Part shown: piece by piece, positions 1 to 11,885 of the stretch | How positions within the stretch are numbered: the first letter of the stretch is position 1 | How the letters are laid out: each line of letters begins with the position of its first letter | Assembly: GCA_964016885.1 (NCBI GenBank) | Contig: OZ024741.1 | Coordinates: 187,054,001 to 187,118,000 of the forward strand | DNA: 64,000 nucleotides | From: Eledone cirrhosa | Lineage: Eukaryota | Direction of reading: 5' to 3' | Made by a program: the position numbers and the translations under genes | The notes under the pieces: generated by a model | Seen by the model: the letters and a program-made list of their open reading frames with translations, nothing else | What the model was told of the DNA's origin: nothing | Database searches by the model: none

Positions 1-1744
1 TCATCAGCATGGCTTATTGTTGCCCCATTTGACCACCGATTTTTCGCAGGCTAAACACAATACCAACGTGCACGATAGTCCATGGTAAATCTTTTTAATT
101 ACATGTTCATCATGCTAAGCAAAGGATGAATAGCAACTCTTTCATTTCTCCTGACATGCCTTTCTGTCAATTATGGCCGAGAAGCATCCTGTGTAGCATC
201 GCGTCTTCTCAAACGATCAGCGTGCCTTCCTCACAATTGACTCACAACGCCGCATCTATTCCCTGCGACGCCCCTAAACATCATCAGCATGGCTTATTTT
301 TCTGCCGCGTTTAACCGGCCCTCATTCTAGGCCATAAACAACAAAACCGCACGATGATGTTGCGTAAGTCAATCCTTCCTCTTCCCCTCCAAGGCATATC
401 CATTACATCTTAGAGGTCGGGATTCGCAATTTCTACGATTTCAATATTGACACAACAGTCCGTCAGGTTTTTCGGCACATGTTGCTCCGACAGGAATATC
501 AACGTGATTTTTACTTAATTCGTAAGTGTTCGGTCTTCCGTATGCTTTTATTTTTTATTGATGCAACACCGACTACAATCATCTAACTTCACTTTGTAGG
601 CTAGACGAGAATCACAAGGAAAACAATCCTCTGATATACAACCCCACCAAATTCTTTGGTCTACCTATATTTCAATGGCTATATCCTTTGCTTTTGTACG
701 GTTGTACATTTGACAATGTCGCAAAACATTATTCCACTTGATTCTTACCTCTAAGCTAGGAATTGGGCAGTGCCTTAAAATCCCTGTTTATTTGCGTGCA
801 ATTTTTTGGTATCTTATGAATGGAGAATCGAAAACCCTTCTTCTCATAACCTGATACATACGTTACACATGCTCTATGGATGTTTGTGGACTATTTTTTC
901 AAAATACCAATATCACAGATTGGAGCACAAAAAGAAACGTTTGTTCTTCATTTATTTCGGTTAAAGCATCCTGCTGGAATTTAGCGAAGACCCGTTTAAA
1001 TCCAGCGCCTTATAACCCCGAGTGTAACCGGGTACACCAGCTAGAAAGACAAATGGAAACATTGTTTCCTCGGTCCGATTTGACGAAAGTCGATTTAGTT
1101 CCACAACAAATTAACAAACCATACTTGAAGACATGTTGAGGCTGTTGCAAAGGGCAATAACCCTAGACACAATTTTGATCAACTTTTTTTCACCTATAGA
1201 AAATTTACTGGGACAGCTTTTTAGCTATTCAAATCTACTTCAGAGGTCACGCATTCATGTAAAAAAATCAATAAAACTGAAGCGGGGGTTCGACTTTGCG
1301 CAAAAAGCAAGGCAAAGTTGCACATGGGAAAACTTTTTACAGGAACGTCTGATTTTTTTGAAAACTGTCGCAAAAGACTCGTCATTATGCCGCGGTTTAG
1401 ATAAAGTCCCTTTTATTTCTTCTTCTGCACATGTGAGCGCGAAAATTGTAAAAAAAAAAAAACTTTGAAAAAATCGACTTTTTCACCCTGCTTTAAAAAT
1501 CAACTGAAAATTCAATTTCAAGTGAATTTGACTTCCGTCAGTCTTGCAAAGAACAATTTCAACGATACACTGTGAACCTACAATTGATCCATTATTTATG
1601 CCCAATTACACACCTGCGTCTATTAACCTCTGTTTTTTTTCCTTGAGGTTCGAAGGTTTTTACACCTGTGATGCGCGGGAAGTAAATTTCACACATTTTA
1701 ACAACAGAGCAAAGTACCCGGGCAACGCCGGGTACTTCTGCCAG
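1..1744 (+). mobile_element. 3' part of a probable non-autonomous Helitron; its start lies outside the window or is unresolved
   Basis: Perfect 10-bp hairpin AAGTACCCGG-gcaacg-CCGGGTACTT (1712-1737) followed by ctgCCAG|T, a one-base variant of the CTAG|T terminus. Non-microsatellite sequence with an internal repeat (TCATCAGCATGGCTTATT at 1 and 281). No Rep/helicase ORF seen. Confidence 0.6.
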
Positions 1745-2287
1745 TATATAATATAAAATAAATATGGTTTTATAAATATAGTTTCCATTTATTTAATATC
1801 ATTGTATATATATATATATATATATATACTATAACCAGGGAAGGGCATAAAATATAATACAACAAACGATATTATCTGTGTGTGTGAGTGTGTGTGTGTG
1901 TGCGTGTGCGTGTGTGTGTGTTTGTTTGTGTGTGTATACATTTGTTGTTTGCGTGTGTTTATTTATTTGTGTAGTCTAGTTTAAATGGCGCATATATTTT
2001 GCACAGATATATTGTGAAAGATACCAGCTCAACACTATCCACCATTTTCTTCTGATAAATGTGTTTTAACAACGTGTTAAATGTGTAAACTGTTGTTGTG
2101 TTCAACTTATTTTTACTCTCTATTTCTAACTTGAATTACATTAGCTTTCTAAAAGTATTTGAACATTTATATGAATTTGAATAGACTTAGAAACCAAAAT
2201 AATGGGTATAATTCGATAATTGTATTCTTTTCCTTTTTCTGTCATTAGACTACGGCCATGTTATATCGACGTCAATACGTATTTATT

Positions 2288-2477
2288 GGGTGGCCGTTGA
2301 CTTTCCTGATTTCCTCCACCCTTCAACGGGTTTTGTTTTCCATCCCCCGGGGTGATTAAAATCACCTTCCTCACCAAGCAAGCCTGGTTGGGTTGCCGAT
2401 TTAGTCACCGAAGACCCGACCATTCACAGATTGTACTGGGTTACATGTTACCAGTAGCCCGGAAGAGGGACCTGACA
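2288..2477 (-). mobile_element. 5' head fragment of an RTE-related non-autonomous element
   Basis: Reverse complement matches the head of 55093-55700 (GTCAGGTC...CTACTGGTAACATGTAACCCAGTAC...). Abuts an (ATAC)n tract. Confidence 0.75.
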
Positions 2478-2560
2478 TACATACATACATACATACATAC
2501 ATACATACATACATACATACATACATACATACATACATACATACATACATACATACATAC

Positions 2561-3710
2561 CAGCATGAGACGGATCAGATAATGAGAGTTGGGAAGGAAT
2601 TCCATGACATACTCCCTGCGTGATAATCAGAATCTCACACCCAGGGAAATTGCCGAGCAATAGCACAGTGAATCCATGGAAGAAAAACTGCATACTTATC
2701 GGCAAAGCAACATGCATGGATATTTTGCCAGGAAGTTCCAGAGTGAGAGTAATATAGATAAACACAGTAATCTATCTTGGACCAACAACCGCTATATTGG
2801 CTCTCAATGTGAAGGATATGCATTTGCAGACCAAGAACAGGAAATCAATACAAAATATCTGATTCACAAATGAAGGCAAAATGCAACAAATTAAGACTCT
2901 GCAGAATTAATACTGAGGATGTCACCCATGTCATAAACAGCTGTCTAAAGGTGTCCTCATGGTACATTTTACGAGGCATGGTGTAGTGGTCCAAACACTA
3001 TACAATGCAATCCGTAGGAAAGATAGCCGCGGCAATAAAAATATTAAAAGTACAGCAATGTGGAAGACATACACATACATAATATGAAGGAGTACTGGTG
3101 GAATGTTCCAGTCAAAACCCCAATAAAATCCAAGCATAACAGACAAGATATAATGATATGAGACAGAGAAAAGAGGCAATCACAATAGTGGACGTTAGCT
3201 GCCCAGCAGATGACAATATAATATTAAATATTAGCAAAAAGGAGAATATTTATGCAGAACTAATGAGGAATATGCAAATACTCTACCCTGATTATACATT
3301 CAGATTTATATCTTTGATTATAGGCGCACTGGTATATATTAGTAACTGCCTCAATGCAAATCTTGAGAAGCTGGGCTTCACAGAAACAGAACGACAGGAC
3401 TAGTTAGGAAATTACAAGTACAATCCATTAATGGCACAGTAAAAATATGTAAATCATTCCATATTATAACTGCATATACACATGTACAGATACAAAATAT
3501 ATGCACATGCGCACATATAACCCAAAACATACACATCCACACATGCAATAACATCCATACATGCACACACATGCACGCATGCAGACATACATACATATCA
3601 ACCTAGTTGATGTTGTTTAAATTCAAATGAAAGAGTCTTTGCCTCTATGGTACTCTATTGTCTAAGGTACTCTATTGGTAAAAAATTATAAATTTATAAA
3701 ACCAGAAGAA
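2561..3710 (+). mobile_element. 5'-truncated, frameshifted R4/Dong-clade RLE LINE, family A
   Basis: ORF pieces 2676-2873 (HGYFAR...SWT...EGYAFA.QEQEINTK) and 3158-3403 (VDVSCP...K...Y...IIGAL) are homologous to 9976-11046. (ATAC)n on both sides. Confidence 0.9.
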
Positions 3711-3725
3711 CATACATACATACAT

Positions 3726-4332
3726 GGTGGCTGCCAACTCGTTTTCGAGTACGGCCACTACTTTATATCCATGTAGGAGAATCCCTACCGATACGCTGAA
3801 CGAGTGTGACTTTTTGTCCAGCCAGCGACTTGAAAACTCTGGCACAAACACTACACCTGTGACAATTATTGACACATAGTGCTGGGCCCATGGTACCATG
3901 TGATGATAAGTGCAGAGAGATCTCCAGATATAAAGCAATGCCTGTGCCGTGAAGCTTTTATAGTGAGCAAAGACACTGCACAAAGCCAGTCCCACTCTCT
4001 TAACTAAGATGATATTTACCAAAAAGAAGAACAAGTCAACATCATTGGATATCATCAGGGTTGCAGGTATTATATCAGAGTTTTCCTTCTCCTAGAATTC
4101 TGCCTTGACAAAGGCTAAGGGATCATCTCTCCCGGTGATTTTGGATGGCCATTGACTCTTAGGAGCTCCTTTGCCCTTTGACAAGTTTTGTGTTTAGTCC
4201 TGCAGGATGTCCAAAGTCCCCCTCCTCACCAAGAAACCTTGGTGGGGTTGCCAATTTAGTCGCCAATGACCCGACCATGAGACATGTTGTACTGGGATAC
4301 ATGTTACCAGTAGGACCAACTGGTGACCTGAC
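3726..4332 (-). mobile_element. Full-length (~607 bp) RTE-derived non-autonomous element (SINE-like)
   Basis: Inverted near-copy of 55093-55700, with an (ATGT)n tail on its sense strand. Confidence 0.85.
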
Positions 4333-4582
4333 ATATATACATACATACATACATACACAAATATACATACATATATACATACACATAGATACATACATAT
4401 ATATATATGTATGTATATCTCTCCCTCTCATCTCCTTCCCTTTTCATCCTTTTCTCTCCCCCCCTCTCTAAATAAAATATTTTTCCCAATATCACACATC
4501 AATCTAAAACCACTTTTCATATGTTGATTTAAAACTGCACTATCAACAAGTGTTTTTTTAGCCTTCATATCATGTTCTCCTG

Positions 4583-4649
4583 TTTTATCTGATGAAAACA
4601 CAAATATTATTGTTTGATGATGTTTGTTTTTGAAATGCGCATAATAAAA
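4583..4649 (+). ncRNA. Minimal type I hammerhead ribozyme motif (Penelope pLTR-like)
   Basis: TTTTAT-CTGATGA (4589-4595), stem II hairpin, GAAA (4632-4635), palindromic stem III ATGCGCAT, then A-ATAAAA. Stem I is TTTTAT/ATAAAA. Confidence 0.75.
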
Positions 4650-4746
4650 TATATTGAACTCCTTTAACCATCTTTTGATCTTATATTACATATATATATA
4701 TATACATACATATACATACATATACACACATACATATATACATACA

Positions 4747-5053
4747 TATGATGGCTGCCCCCTCGTTATCGAGTATGGCCATTGCACGATATACCATTAT
4801 TAATAGTTATTAATTAATTCTATCAAGCAATACCTGTGCTTGGAGATATTTTTTAAAATGAGGTAAGACTGTGCACTGAGCCAATCCCACTCTCTGAGCA
4901 ACGGTAGCTATAACCCGAAAAGAAGAAATGATCAACATCATCGATAACTACTGAGCCGCAGCTTTTATATCGGAGTTATCCCAGTTTCCTGAGTTGCCTT
5001 CTAGATGAATGCCCTGACAAAGTCTAGTGGTCCTTCACTCCCGGTGGTTTAAC
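4747..5053 (-). mobile_element. Bipartite non-autonomous RTE derivative (5'UTR fused to 3' end)
   Basis: Reverse complement matches the RTE 5'UTR (57541-57800) joined directly to the RTE 3' terminus (61295-61335). Confidence 0.85.
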
Positions 5054-5625
5054 CAGTACAACCTGTCTCATGGTCGGGTCGTTGGCGGCTAAACTAGCAA
5101 CCCCACCAAGGTTTCTTGGTGAGGAGGGTGACTTTGGACATCCTGCGGGACTAAAAACAAAACCTGTCAATGGGCAAAGGAGCTCTTAAGAGTCAATGGC
5201 CATCCAAAATCACCGGGAGAGATGACCCCTTAGCCGTTGTCAAGGCAGAATTCTAGGAGAAGGAAAACTCTGATATAACACCTGCAATCCTGATGGTATC
5301 CAATGATGTTGACTTGTTCTTCTTTTTGGTAAATATCATCTTGGTTAAGAGAGTGGGACTGGCTTTGTGCAGTGCCTTTGCTCACTATAAAAGCTTCACG
5401 GCACATGCATTGCTTTATATCTGGAGATCTGTCTGCACTTATCGTCACATGGTACCATGGGCCTAGCACTATGTGTCAATAATTGTCACAGATGTAGTGT
5501 TTGTACCAGAGTTTTCAAGTCGCTAGCTGGACTAAAAAGTCACACTCGTTCAGGGCATCGGTAGGGGTTCTCCTACATGGATATAGGGTGGTGGACGTAC
5601 TCGAAAACGAGTTGGCAGCCGCCGT
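5053..5625 (+). mobile_element. RTE-derived non-autonomous element, slightly 5'-truncated
   Basis: Matches about 55130-55700 and ends GTACTCGAAAACGAGTTGGCAGCCGCC followed by (GTAT)n. Confidence 0.85.
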
Positions 5626-5639
5626 GTATGTATGTATGT

Positions 5640-5963
5640 TGAGTGCTACTGGTAACATGTAACCCAGTACAACCTGTCGCACGGTCGGGTTGTCAGCGAC
5701 TAAACCGGCAACCCCAACAAGTTCACTTGCTGAGGAGGGTGATTTTGGACACCCTGCAGGACAAAAAACAATCTGACAAAGGGCGGAAGAACTCAAGACT
5801 CAACGGCCAAACAAAAATGTGTAGATATCTTTATGCGTGTATGCATGTGTATATTTGTATATACTTGTATGCATGTGTATATGTGTATATGCATGTATGC
5901 ATGTGTAGGTATATGCACGGGGACAGAAATAATCAGGCTGGATACCCGATTGCGCGGTTAAAC
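5640..5963 (+). mobile_element. RTE-type 5'UTR fragment with an internal microsatellite
   Basis: Head is homologous to 55093 onward. 5913-5963 matches the RTE start at 57494-57547 (GGGGACA...GGCTGGATACCCGAT...GTTAAAC). Confidence 0.7.
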
Positions 5964-6015
5964 ATACATACATACATACATACATACATACATACATACA
6001 TACATACATACATAC

Positions 6016-6103
6016 ATGATGGCTGCCCCCTCGTTATCGAGTATGGCCATTGTACGAGGAGAAAAAAAAAAAAAAATAATAATAATAAATAAATAAAAAG
6101 AAA

Positions 6104-6190
<87 letters not shown>

Positions 6191-6488
6191 CATACACATA
6201 TACACACACACACAAACACGATAGCAACTAACAGCGCTGCGATCGAATGTGGATTTTTAGCCCAGCAAATGATCTAAAATGTCTTGCACAGAGTCGGCAA
6301 CCAAAACATTCACTGGGAATAGTCGGCTGTGGTTGGAGTTCGGGTACTTTTGCATGTCGCTTGAGCCCTCCTGCTGATTTACATTCTCTACCACATGTTT
6401 GGCAAGCATGATGAGTAGCATCGCCAACAGCAGCCTGGTAGTCAACCACTGGTCTTACTTTATGACTGCGAAGATGACTTTCGAGTCC
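6016..6488 (-). mobile_element. RTE LINE 3' end (C2H2 zinc-finger-coding tail and 3'UTR)
   Basis: GLESHLRSHKVRPVVDYQAAVGD...CQTCGRECKSAGGLKRHAK...CRLCARHFRS matches 60920-61335. Confidence 0.9.
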
Positions 6489-6541
6489 CATACATACATA
6501 CATACATACATACATACATACATACATACATACATACATAC

Positions 6542-6715
6542 ATGGTGCCTGCAAACTCGTGTTCGAGCATTGCCATCGTCCGATAAAATGTTAAAAATGT
6601 GAGGCACGAAAGTGGTTCTTTAAACCAGCCAAATACTTGCACCCTCTTTCCTTTGCTTTGTTCTGGTTGTGTGTTCTCATGTGTCTGTTAAGACCCCCCC
6701 CCCCCATGCTAGCAC
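6542..6715 (-). mobile_element. 3' end of a third RTE-related family
   Basis: Reverse complement ends ATGGCAATGCTCGAACACGAGTTTGCAGGCACC followed by (ATGT)n, with the same CTCG-N4-CGAG hairpin as the RTE terminus. Confidence 0.55.
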
Positions 6716-6734
6716 ATACATACATATATACATA

Positions 6735-7492
6735 CAGCTGTCCAAAGATGTCATCGCGGTACTATCTACCTATGAGGCATGATGTAGTGGCCAAAACACT
6801 GTACAATGCAGTTTGATAGCCCCGATAATAAACACATTAAAAGCTACAACAATGTGGAGACATCCATGTACATAATATGAAAGAGTACTGGTGGAATGTT
6901 CCAGTAAAAACCCCAATAAAATGCAGGCATAACAGCCCAGCTATTATGATATGGGACAGGGAGAAGATAGCATGCACAGTAGTGGAAATTAGCTGCCCAG
7001 CAGATGCCAATATAATATGAAAGATTAGTGAAAAGGAGAATATTTATGCAGAACTGATGAGAAATCTGCAGATACTCCACCCTGATTACACCTTCAGATT
7101 TATGCCTGAGATTATTGGGGCTCTGGGATATGTTAGTAACTGCCTCAATACAAATATTGAGAAGCTAGGCTTCACAGGAACAGAAAGAACACAACTAGTT
7201 AGGAAATTACAAGTACCATCCATTAATGGAATAGTAAAAATATGTAAAACATTCCAAAAAATGTGCATCTAATAACTGCATATACACATGTACAGATTCA
7301 AAGCATATACACATGCACACATACAACTCAAAACATACACATCCACACATACAATAACATCCATATCAACACATGCATGCATACATAATCTACCTAGTTG
7401 ATGTGTAAATTCCAATGAGAGTCTTGTGTCTATGTTAGAAACCGTCTCTCTCTCTATTGGTAAAACTTTCTGAAATTATAAAACCAGAAGAA
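6735..7492 (+). mobile_element. R4/Dong-clade LINE family A, 3' fragment
   Basis: SCPKMSSRYYLPMRHD, VVEISCP and IIGALG motifs. Ends AAAACCAGAAGAA followed by (CATA)n. Confidence 0.9.
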
Positions 7493-8134
7493 CATCCATA
7501 CATACATACATACATGAATACCTTCGTCGTTACACAAATACGCATGTATATATGTATCAATATGTCTATGTATGTATGAATATATGTGTGTATTTATGAA
7601 TATATGTATGCGCCTATTTATGTATGTAAGTATTGATATATTTATGTATAAATATGTGTATGTATGTTTGTATGTATGGATGTATGCATGTATGTATGTA
7701 TGCATGTATGTATGTATGTATGTATGTATGTATGTATGTATGTATGTATGTATGTATGTATATATGTACGTGTGTGTGAATGTATGCATGTATGTTAAAG
7801 TGTCTGAGGAAGTAATATCTCATTACAAGAAAAGGAAACAAAACAAATCGCAATATTCCTTAATGAGAGACGTAATAACATTTAAGTTAAGTATTATTTA
7901 ATAGTGTAAATATTGGAATGACTAAACGCGGTTAAACATACATACAAAACAAAGTGTATCAAATTCAAAATAAGTTAGCCACTCCTATTCATGCCTCTCA
8001 CACTAAACAATTATACTTAGCTCAATGTATAAATTTATGTATGTATACATATATGTACGTATTTATGTACGTATGTATGTATTTATGTATGTATGTGTGA
8101 ATGTATGTATGTATGTATGTATGTATATGTATAT

Positions 8135-8650
8135 GCCAGGTCACCAGTTGGTGCTACTGGTAACATGTATCCCAGTACAACCTGTCTCATGGTCGGGTCG
8201 TTGGCGACTAGACTGGCAACCCCTCCAAGGTTTCTTGGTGAGGAGGGTGATTTTGGACATCCTGCAGGACTAAAAACAAAACCTGTCAAAGGGCAAAGGA
8301 GCTCTTAAGAGTCAATGGCCATCCAAAATCACCGGGAGAGATGACCCCTTAGCCTTTGTCAAGGCAGAATTCTAGGAGAAGGAAAACTCTGATATAACAG
8401 CTGCAACCCTGATGGTATCCAATGATGTTGACTTGTTCTTCTTTTTGGTAAATATCATCTTGGTTAAGAGAGTGGGACTGGCTTTGTGCAGTGCCTTTGC
8501 TCACTATAAAAGCTTCACGGCACAGGCATTGCTTTATATCTGGAGATCTCTCTGCACTTGTCGTCACATGATACCATGGGCCCAGCACTAAGGGTTCTCC
8601 TACATGGATATAAAGTAGTGGCCGTACTCGAAAACGAGTTGGCAGCCACC
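8135..8650 (+). mobile_element. RTE-derived non-autonomous element with an internal deletion
   Basis: Matches 55093-55700 but lacks about 90 bp near 8590. Confidence 0.85.
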
Positions 8651-8723
8651 ATGTATGTATGTATTTATGTATGTATGTATGTATATATGTATGTATGTAT
8701 GTTATCTCTTTCTCTTAATTTCG

Positions 8724-8833
8724 GTTCAAATCCCGTCGAGGTTAACTTTGCCTTTCATCATTACGGGGTCGATAAAATAAAGTACCAGTAATACACTGTG
8801 TTATTGCTGGCCTTGTGCCTAACGTAGAAACAA
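8724..8833 (+). mobile_element. 5'-truncated tRNA-derived SINE with a 22-bp target-site duplication
   Basis: Runs from B-box GTTCAAATCCC to tail GTAGAAACAA. TTATCTCTTTCTCTTAATTTCG is duplicated at 8702-8723 and 8834-8855. Confidence 0.85.
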
Positions 8834-8836
8834 TTA

Positions 8837-9285
8837 TCTCTTTCTCTTAATTTCGAGTATATTTTTTTGACCGGCCACCTTCCTGGTGGCAAGGTTGTAA
8901 AAGAAAAGAAATTGTCATCCCTTGAATCGCAAGAATGTTTTACAAATTTTGAAAGTGCCAGCTATCGCAGCCATTTGTAGACTATGAATTAGGGAGCTGC
9001 GCTTTTTGTCCTCAAATCCAAGTTCAGTCATACTTTGGTCCAAGCGGGTTGGTATATAACGCGTAGCTCCAATAATGATGGGTATGAAGCAAAAGATGTA
9101 TCTTGGATACTGGATTTGTAAACTCCTCATCAATGGTCTGTAGATGTCCTCCTTCTCCTGTATTTTTCTGACAACGTTTACATCAAGTAGGCAGCTGATC
9201 TCCACAACAGAACACATTTTCAATGTTTGGTCGTAAACAACAATATCAGGCCGGTTGTGCTTTAATTTGGTGGCAGTTTTTATTT
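8837..9285 (-). mobile_element. R4/Dong-clade LINE family B, 3' fragment; a further deleted piece lies at about 9416-9561
   Basis: ORF 8915-9223 (VVEISC.LDVNVVRKIQEKEDIY...PIIIGA) matches 61977-62420. Confidence 0.9.
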
Positions 9286-9634
9286 TGTATGCATGTATGT
9301 ATGTATTTATGTATGCATGTATGTATGAATTTATGTACGTATTTATGCATGTATGTATTATGTATTTATGTATGTCTGTATGTATTTATGTACGTATGTA
9401 GGTATTTATGTATGTCTCTCTCTTTATTTCGAGTACACTTTTGACCGGCCATCTTCCTGGTGGCAAGATTGTAAAATAAAATGATGATGGGTATGAAGCT
9501 GATGGCGTATCTTGGATACTGGATCTGCAAACTCCTCATCAATGGTCTGTAGATGTCCTCCGTATGTATGTATGTATGTATGTATGTATGTATGTATGTA
9601 TGTATGTATGTATGTATGTATGTATGTATGTATA

Positions 9635-11055
9635 TTCTTCTGGTTTTATAATTTCACAAAGTTTTATCAATGGAGAGAGAGTCGGTTTCTAACATAGACA
9701 CAAGACTCTCTCATTGGAATTTACACAACATCAACTAGGTAGATATGTATGTATGTGTAGATATGGATGTTATTGTATGTGTGGATGTGGATATTTTGAG
9801 TTGTATGTGTATATGCTTTGTATTTGTATATGTGTATATGCAGTTATTAGATGCAACATTTTTGGAATGTCTTACATAGTTTTACTGTTCCATTAATGGA
9901 TTGTATTTGTAATTTCCTAACTAGTTGTGTCCGTTCCGTTCCTGTGAAGCCTAGCTTCTCAAGATTTGTATTGAGTCAGTTACTAACATATCCCAGTGCC
10001 CCAATAATCACAGGCATAAATCTGAAGGTGTAATCAGGGTGGAGTATCTGCAGATTTCTCACCTGTTCTGCATAAATGTTCTCCTTTTCACTAATCTTTG
10101 ATAATATATTGGCATCTGCTGGGCAGCTAATTTCAACTACTGTGCATGCTTTCTTCTCCCTGTCCCATATCATAATATCAGGTCTGTAATGCCTGCATTT
10201 TATTGGCGTTTTTACTGGAACATCCCACCAGTACTCTTTCGTATTATGTACATGGATGTCTTCCACATTGCTGTTGCTTTTAATGTGTTTATTATCGGGG
10301 CTATCTTTTTTACGAACTGCATTGTACAGTGTTTTGTCCACTACATCATGCCTCATAGGTAGATAGTATCGCGATGACATCTTTGGACAGCTACTGATGA
10401 CATGGGTGATATCCTCGATGTTAGTTCTGCAGAGTCTGCACTTGTTATCACATCTAGGTGTTTTGCATGCACTCCTATCTCTTTTGTCGATCAGGTATTT
10501 CGTGTTAATCCCCTGTTCTTGGATTGCAAAAGCGTATCCTTCAAAGTGGGAGCCAATATAGCGGTTGTTGGTCCAAGATAGACTACTTTCCTTATCTATA
10601 TTACTCTCACTCTGGAGCTTCCTGGCAACATATCCATGCATGATTTTTTGCTGATAGGCATGCAGTTTTTCATCCATGGATTCACTGCGATACTGCTGAG
10701 CGACTTCTCTGGGTGTGAGTTTTTGATTATCACACAGGGAATATCTCTCGAGGAGTTCCTTCCCAACTCTCATGATCTTATCTGTTTCATGCAGATAGAC
10801 TTGCTCGAGAAGCGGGCTCCTACGCTTCGAGGTTCGTAGATGTTGTCGGAGAGATATGATGCGACATTCAAATGTTTTCTGGACTGATGTTAGGCCTCTG
10901 CCTCCCTGTTTAGGTTTCATATAAAGGCGGTCTATATCACCGTTGATGTGGAGGTTTCCGGTGTTGTTCAGTATTTTTCGAGTTCCAACATCCACATTAT
11001 CTATATTACTCTCACTCTGGAGCTCTCTGTCAACATATCTATGCATGATTTTTTA
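9635..11055 (-). mobile_element. R4/Dong-clade LINE family A (RT thumb, CCHC, RLE endonuclease)
   Basis: ORF 9976-11046: RLYM...GGRGL, CRLC-X7-HVISSC zinc knuckle, RHD, RPDI..D...VVEISCP...K (PD-(D/E)xK type). Confidence 0.93.
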
Positions 11056-11504
11056 TTATGTATCTATGCGTGTGTGTGTATTTGTGATCATATGACTAAG
11101 CATCTAGGTACGCATTTATAGATATATGCAGATATATATGCATTTATACATGATGAGCGTCTCTGAATGTGTGTGTGCGTCTCTGTCTGTGCGTCTTTAT
11201 GTGTGCATGTGTGTGTGCATGTGTGTGTGTGCATGTGTGTGTGTGTGCATGCGCGCATGTGTGTGTGAGCGCGCGTACGTGTATGTGTATGTGTTTTAAG
11301 TTGTAAGCCACATCGTGTCCCGTATGTAGTTGAAGCTGATCATAAGGATATACCTTTTCAAGGCTATCTGCCAGATACTTTTTAAATTCTATGTTCGAGT
11401 GATCATCTAGGTCTTTGAACATTTGTATACTGCTCAACTGTTTTGAACGAACTGGATTCAACAATTCCATGACCATTTGGTGATTGTCAACATCTGGTTA
11501 AAAA

Positions 11505-11885
11505 CATGTGTGGGATACCACTTGCACCGACACTTTCCCCAGCCGCAACCTGGAGCAGTCAGCGACTAACCCAGGTTTTGCTGCACGTCGGGCTGAGGAG
11601 GCCAAACTCTTCAAATACCTGTCGCCCTCCGACAGTTTTCCGGTTGTATCCTTGGCAGTGGAAACTTCTGGTGTACTCGGCCTTAGGGCTACCGCTCTAC
11701 TCACCACCATAGGCGCTGAGCTGGCCAACCGCAGATGTGAGCCTCGGGAGCTGGAATGGCTTTTCCAGCGCGACTCCCTTGCCGTCCCCCGGGCAAACGC
11801 CTTCTCTATTCTTCCGCCGGGTCTGTGGGGAGGCCACCAATATGAGTGACTGACTTGTCATTTTATCAGTCAGATGTTTTCCTGA
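11505..11885 (+). mobile_element. CRE-clade-like RLE retrotransposon 3' fragment
   Basis: WDTTCTDT...AARRAEEAKLFKY...AVETSGVLG...WLFQR.SLAV.RANA has the form of an RLE C-terminus. Confidence 0.75.
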
